A DNA stretch of 64,000 nt from Podarcis liolepis (taxonomy: Eukaryota), in assembly GCA_965112155.1 (NCBI GenBank), contig OZ218103.1. The stretch is one strand, 5' to 3'. How positions within the stretch are numbered: the stretch's first letter is position 1; each line of letters opens with the position of its first letter. The notes beneath the pieces are model-generated. The model saw only the letters and a program-made list of their open reading frames with translations, was not told the origin of the DNA and made no database searches. Positions 60,401 through 64,000 of this stretch are shown in pieces. Made by a program: the position numbers and the translations under genes.

Positions 60401-63400
60401 CCTTTCGGCCCAATCTTCTTCCGCCCCCTCCCCCAGGGGCCAACTCTAATCTTCTGATGTCTTGATGGCATCAGATGACTGATGGATGGGCAGTCCAGTA
60501 CCTCCATCAGAGCTCGGAAAAGGGGAAAAGCCTAACACATAGCTACCAACAGAGATGAGACTGTGTATGTGCTACTTTAGGATTAGGGCAGACTGCTGTA
60601 CTCCAAGTCCAGCTAAATAGGGAGCTTCAGCCAGCTTTTATGCTGACAAAATGTGACTGCTTTGCCTAAACCACAGCTCTGTTGTGATAGGAAGAACCAC
60701 CACCAAAGTATACTTTGCTTCCATCAAAAACTAACCTGGCACCACTGACCCTACTCTGATGCCACACAGGAACCCACAACAATCACATTGCCATCATCTG
60801 CACCGCTGATTTACACATCAGCATGCAATAGATTTGTAACAACATCCTTAGCTTGGAATCCATCAACGCACAGCCTAAAAGCTGAGTGGAAGTGAATCAG
60901 AGAAGTCTTCCTAGTAGCTAGCACTCCATTTCTAACCAGGGTGACAGTGAACGGGCAGGTCACATTATCTCTCCACCTCCCAAAACACACAGTTATTTGC
61001 TAACCATCACAAGGGCTATTCCATAAGCAGAGCAAGGCCAAGGGGAACAGACTGGGCTATGGAAAACAATGACAGTGTGGGAGGAAATATGAGAAAACAC
61101 AGAGAAGAAACAAGAGAGCTGTAATTTAAAGAGGGAAGGGGGAGCCAGAGGGACAGAGAAATGTGCGCACACACGTAAGAGAAGGCAGAAAAACAGTTCA
61201 AGAAATGCAGAGCGCTCTGAGGCATTTTTAGTTTATTTCATAGAAAGCTGGAAAGGAAAATGCTACAGCTGGAGCAAAATGTAATAGATAAACACCCTCG
61301 CCATTGTTTAAGAACTGGGCAGCAGGGGATTTCCCCCCCACAGAAGTGATAGTTTGGGAGTGAGAGATTGTGACAAATGTGTGTTTTTCTCCTGGGAGAT
61401 GAATAGAGGGTGCCTATGCAGTAGGCAGAAATGTTTCAGCATTGTTAGTTTGTTGGGAGGCAGAGGTTTTTACACCCAAGTTTACACCTGAATAAAAGAT
61501 TAAACATAAAAAAATAAAACCAGAATAAAAGGGAATTTCACTGTGGAAAGATTTGGACCATCTTTCTCCAGGGGACCTTGGCATGCCTGCAGTGAGGCCA
61601 AAATATGGCAAGGCCTTAGTTCTGGGCTTCTTGCCAACCAACAGGCAAACCAGCCCCAAGACAAGCCAGCCATGTTGCTAACCAAGTTACAGTCCAGAGT
61701 CAACTGGCTGGCTGACTATAACAGACCAAAGTTTCCTCAACCCTATTAAGACAACTAGATTCTGCTATTCTATTACTAAGGTGTATGCTGTGTGCTTGTG
61801 GATCATGGGAATATTGCCCAAAATGCAGGTGTATTACTGGGAATTCCCCCCCCCCCCCGAAAGGAATATCCTGAACCAGTTTTCTTCTGGGGTAACACAT
61901 TTGAAGCACTTCCAGAAGTGGAACCATAGAGAATGGGTGGAGGGAGAAAAATAATTGCAAAAAGGACTGAGATCAGAGAACAAAAACTCAGCAAAAAAAA
62001 AAAGGGTCTCCTATATACTAGTAACAATCTGTTGACATTGACTTGTGGACTCTATGCACTATGCCAGAACACTTGAAAGTAGTCAGCCTTAACACTGATT
62101 CCTCTCTGCTAAGAAAATCTGCCTTCAGAGACTATTTTGCAAATTACAGACCATTGAGCAAAGCCAGACAAACATCTGTCTGGGATGCTGCAGGCAGTGG
62201 GTCTCTTGTTCCAGACTCAACTGAATCTCTCCCAATTTTATGTTTAATCTATGTGCAGAGCGGTGTGGATTCTGCACATGCAGAACTGAGTATCTCCAGA
62301 ATCTCAAACATCATTATTTCAAAACAGGACATTTCTAGCCTTTATGGAGACAAAGGAAGGTTTGAAAAATGTGTCAGCAATGTCTGTAGGGTTAGAGCTG
62401 TTCAACAGTGGAACAGACTACCTTGGAAGGTGGTAGAAGTTTTAAAACAGAGGTTGGATGACCATCGGTCAGGGATTCCTGATGCAATGTAATTCCTACA
62501 TTGCAGGGGTCTGGATTAGGTGACTAAAACTGGACTTCAGGGGGGCAGGAGGTAGATTGGTGCCTTGCCCATAACTAGCAAAAGTGGAACTCGCAAAACA
62601 ACTAAATATATACACATTGCTTCATTTTCTTAATACGTAAGAAGCCACCCTATTCAGCTTTCATTGTCACAGAATCTCGGTTTGTTTTGTTTTTAGCAAA
62701 GGCAACAGTGTAATGTCTATGGAGAAGCAGGAACAGTCTGTTAGAGTGAATGCTTGGGATCACTCTTCCACATCCCAGTCTGAGAGACAGCAATATTGAC
62801 CCAGATATTTGCTGCTTGGGGGTAAAGCAGAGTCCTAGGGAAGGAAAAGCAAGCAGAGAGGTCATATGGGTAGAGAAAAACAGAAGAGGAGGATCTGCTG
62901 CAGAGAAATCCAATTCATCTAAAGGGAGAGAACAGCGAGTATGAACAAGTGTGGAGGGGTCTGGTACTGGTTTTCAGGTGGATCCATGCAACCAGTAGCC
63001 AGGGGAGAACATGACCCAGACTTGCCTTTGCTGACTATCTCGGGGCTGCCACGACTTCTTCCTTTCTTCATATCCATTTCAATTTCTCCTGTCACATACA
63101 GATTACGAACCTGGAAGCAGGTGCACCCAGTTATTTATTTCCTATCACTGACCACAGCTTGGATCCAGAACAAGACCCAGCTAATTCCCCCAGGTCTGCA
63201 GCTGCCCAAACAATCCCTGTGTGGCCCTTAGCGTCCCAGCTTGGAAAACACACCACACCCCATTACTCAGCAAAGAACAACCTTCAGTGCCAGAACAGCA
63301 CAAAAGGACGTCTTGCAAGGGAGTCTCTTCTCCAAGCCCTATTGCAGCGAATGCCAGCGTTCTTATACATTTCTGTTATTTTCGGAACATGGCTCAGGGA

Positions 63401-63656
63401 CGTGGCATGGTGCCAGTGTTTAAAAGCTGCAAAGAGGAGTGAATGAGGCAAAGAGAATCATCAGAAAACTGACAAGGAAAAGGAGGAGATATTGTGTTCT
63501 TCACCACCACCCTATACGTATAGCGATACCTGAGAGGCTTTGATGGCTTGGAGGTTGATGTTTGGGTACCGCGTAGTAGGATCAATGCTGTACTGACTGA
63601 TGTTCTTGTTGGTGTTGTCAGGTGAGGTCTGCGACAGCTGCTGATATATGCTCTCC
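48252..63656 (-). CDS. MICAL1: MICAL1 F-actin monooxygenase, 3' part (end of MO domain, CH, LIM, acidic stretch, bMERB/Rab-binding coiled coil), 15 exons
   Basis: In-frame spliced product [15 protein letters not shown]...[11 protein letters not shown]; CH: EELLSWCQ...[18 protein letters not shown]; LIM: CYFC...[11 protein letters not shown]...YCMLH; [34 protein letters not shown]. Convergent adjacency to SMPD2, as in human. Confidence 0.95.
49199..49272 (-). CDS. MICAL1: MICAL1 exon, bMERB ([20 protein letters not shown])
   Basis: ccatag / gtaaga, 74 nt. Confidence 0.94.
50217..50313 (-). CDS. MICAL1: MICAL1 exon, bMERB ([24 protein letters not shown])
   Basis: ctccag / gtaaga, 97 nt. Confidence 0.94.
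50427..50520 (-). CDS. MICAL1: MICAL1 exon, bMERB ([10 protein letters not shown]...LERSLREER)
   Basis: ttccag / gtaaga, 94 nt. Confidence 0.94.
52063..52164 (-). CDS. MICAL1: MICAL1 exon ([24 protein letters not shown])
   Basis: ctgcag / gtaata, 102 nt. Confidence 0.92.
53281..53415 (-). mobile_element. SINE with tRNA-Lys(UUU)-derived head and CR1-derived tail
   Basis: Minus strand GGATAGCTCAGTTGGTAGAGCATAAGACTTTTAATCTCAG...GGGTTCGAGCCC (A and B boxes) joined to GATTCCTGC...TTGGACTAGAT...GGTCCTTTCCAACT. Confidence 0.8.
53540..53619 (-). CDS. MICAL1: MICAL1 acidic exon ([27 protein letters not shown])
   Basis: tgacag / gtgagt, 80 nt. Confidence 0.88.
54644..55274 (-). CDS. MICAL1: MICAL1 large linker exon (about 210 aa, disordered)
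   Basis: ccctag acceptor (phase 0), open frame, [18 protein letters not shown] resembles human RRQIRLSSPERQRLSSL; donor AAG/gttgtt is weak but phase-compatible. Confidence 0.78.
55460..55545 (-). CDS. MICAL1: MICAL1 exon, end of LIM (GNFYCMLH...)
   Basis: tcctag / gtgagt, 86 nt. Confidence 0.92.
55819..55993 (-). CDS. MICAL1: MICAL1 exon, LIM domain
   Basis: tggcag / gtgagt, 175 nt, CxxC...HxxCxxCxxC. Confidence 0.94.
57456..57506 (-). CDS. MICAL1: MICAL1 small exon ([17 protein letters not shown])
   Basis: ttgcag / gtaagt, 51 nt, phase 0-0; low sequence conservation. Confidence 0.7.
57772..57881 (-). CDS. MICAL1: MICAL1 exon (...[21 protein letters not shown])
   Basis: ttccag / gtgagt, 110 nt; the LFLSKLQ motif is MICAL1-like. 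Confidence 0.9.
58152..58339 (-). CDS. MICAL1: MICAL1 exon, CH domain 3' half ([14 protein letters not shown]...[12 protein letters not shown])
   Basis: ctctag / gtaggg, 188 nt. Confidence 0.93.
58965..59040 (+). mobile_element. CR1 3' terminal stub
   Basis: Identical to the 3' end of the CR1 copy at about 44300-44372; preceded by a T19 run. Confidence 0.9.
60125..60272 (-). CDS. MICAL1: MICAL1 exon, CH domain 5' half
   Basis: ctccag / gtgagt, 148 nt. Confidence 0.94.
62388..62525 (+). mobile_element. Older CR1 3' fragment
   Basis: [25 protein letters not shown] plus GGATTCCTG...TTGCAGGGG...GGATTAG tail. Confidence 0.8.
63026..63110 (-). CDS. MICAL1: MICAL1 exon, MO-CH linker (VRNLYVTG...IVSK), GC donor
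   Basis: ttccag acceptor, AAG/gcaagt donor, 85 nt; phase matches next exon. Confidence 0.82.
63530..63656 (-). CDS. MICAL1: MICAL1 exon, end of monooxygenase domain
   Basis: atgcag / gtatcg, 127 nt, [42 protein letters not shown]. Confidence 0.94.
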
Positions 63657-64000
63657 CTGCATGGAGATTAAGCAGGAATGCCCCCCTCTTAGTCCCTCAG
63701 CACCAAGATACATTGTGTACGTGGCACTCACAGCCTTCAGCATTCGGGAGCCTTCAGGCAAAAGAGGAAGATTGACATGCTCTCACTCTTCTTATCTTCA
63801 CAGCAGTCCCTCCTCACCCTTTGCCTGGGTCTGTGGCGTGAGCAGCATCAACAAGTTCTCCTGCGCTCTCAGATTCCCACTACATCAGACAGTTACACCC
63901 ATTCCTGTCCCCCATTCCATGTTCCAGGTCAGTTACACATGGCCCTGCAGTCTCCTAGATGATGCTGGGAACTTCCTGAGGTTGGGCAGCAGAACAGAAA

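Overview
Vertebrate genomic DNA, not prokaryotic. The repeat content (CR1 LINEs with TTCTATGA tails, TA-flanked Tc1/mariner MITEs, palindromic hAT MITEs, a tRNA-Lys/CR1-tail SINE) points to a squamate reptile, possibly a lacertid lizard (inference). Three spliced genes were reconstructed by hand with consistent intron phases. (1) TEAD3, + strand: 12 coding exons from the middle of the TEA domain to the stop at 25941; the first coding exon lies upstream of the window; the predicted 3' UTR is long. (2) SMPD2 (neutral sphingomyelinase 1), + strand: complete, 10 coding exons at 36672-45369, 409 aa, with a CpG-island promoter at about 32.8-33.7 kb. (3) MICAL1, - strand: the last 15 coding exons (end of the monooxygenase domain, CH, LIM, bMERB), convergent with SMPD2. 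The most interesting structure is a TEAD3 splicing module: two tandem paralogous 63-nt exons encoding alternative DNA-recognition helices (with or without an RRKS PKA-type site), a perfect hairpin in the short intron between them, a 12-nt microexon, and clustered ACTAAC (QKI-type) motifs. Other points: a GC-AG intron and an apparently missing PPKPP motif in MICAL1, and a TEAD3-SMPD2-MICAL1 gene order unlike human. Most ORFs in the supplied track are spurious. Comparisons with human proteins are from memory and need alignment.
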